From NCBI GenBank assembly GCA_009691105.1, contig SHVU01000002.1:24492-88491 (forward strand): 64,000 nt of DNA, written 5' to 3'. Both the position numbers and the translations under genes were made by a program. Origin of the DNA: Rhodospirillales bacterium. GTDB taxonomy: Bacteria; Pseudomonadota; Alphaproteobacteria; Rhodospirillales; SHVU01. The notes below the pieces were generated by a model that saw only the letters and a list, made by a program, of their open reading frames with translations, searched no databases and was not told the DNA's origin. Of this stretch, positions 63,845-64,000 are shown piece after piece; position 1 is the first letter of the stretch, and every line of letters begins with the position of its first letter.

Positions 63845-63870
63845 TGAAAACATAGGCGGGAACCCGCCTA
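63845..63870 (-). terminator. Rho-independent terminator of the upstream minus-strand ORF
   Basis: Minus sense reads TAGGCGG gttc CCGCCTA followed by TGTTTTC. It begins 2 nt after the TGA at 63873-63875. Confidence 0.55.
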
Positions 63871-63872
63871 CC

Positions 63873-64000
63873 TCAGTCGGCTATAAAATCGAGCCGGCGT
63901 GAGACGCCAACACCTCCCACGACCATCTTCTGAATTTCCACCATCACCGAACGCTCGACACCGATAAATCCGTGTTCGGTATATGCTTCGCACGGATCGC
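63873..64000 (-). CDS. 3' end of an unidentified minus-strand ORF (41 codons visible)
   Basis: Open to the window edge: ...DPCEAYTEHGFIGVERSVMVEIQKMVVGGVGVSRRLDFIAD*. A terminator follows. Third-position GC is visibly lower than in neighbouring genes (23 of 41 codons end in G/C by my count). No family recognised. Confidence 0.35.
   Translation of the reverse strand, partial: DPCEAYTEHGFIGVERSVMVEIQKMVVGGVGVSRRLDFIAD

Overview
High-GC, almost fully coding chromosomal core segment with alphaproteobacterial gene content and order. Plus strand: tig (partial)-clpP-clpX-lon-hupB; tRNA-Val and tRNA-Asp; the complete 14-gene complex I operon nuoA-N; birA-coaX-rnj-DUF1467-tag; a small exported protein of unknown function; proS-lolC/E-lolD. 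Next is a ~7.7 kb mixed-orientation block of six metabolic genes: cysteine hydrolase, amidohydrolase, YkgJ-type CxxCxxCC protein, homospermidine synthase, a GGT-family protein without signal peptide, and an orphan family-5 solute-binding protein. Then come dnaE and the envelope supercluster rpsB-tsf-pyrH-frr-uppS-cdsA-dxr-rseP-bamA-skp-lpxD-fabZ-lpxA-lpxI-lpxB. Minus strand at the right end: gltA, gltX, lexA, moeA-moaC-trpC-trpD-trpG, with a ComEC-like ORF on the plus strand between gltX and lexA. I saw no CRISPR array, transposase, integrase, phage gene or recognisable defence module, and no convincing novel multi-gene system. The points most worth a second look are: (1) a ComEC/Rec2 homologue that appears to have lost its membrane-channel core by an in-frame deletion; (2) five GANTC motifs packed into about 85 bp, three directly abutting, in the divergent YkgJ/homospermidine synthase control region; (3) an intrinsic terminator oriented for the minus strand with no minus-strand gene to terminate, in an AT-rich gap after tag; (4) the mixed-orientation metabolic block between lolD and dnaE, closed by a 52-nt perfect hairpin. 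The very long antisense ORFs in the track are codon-complement artefacts of high-GC3 genes. All functional calls rest on motif recognition and synteny read by eye; no searches were run.
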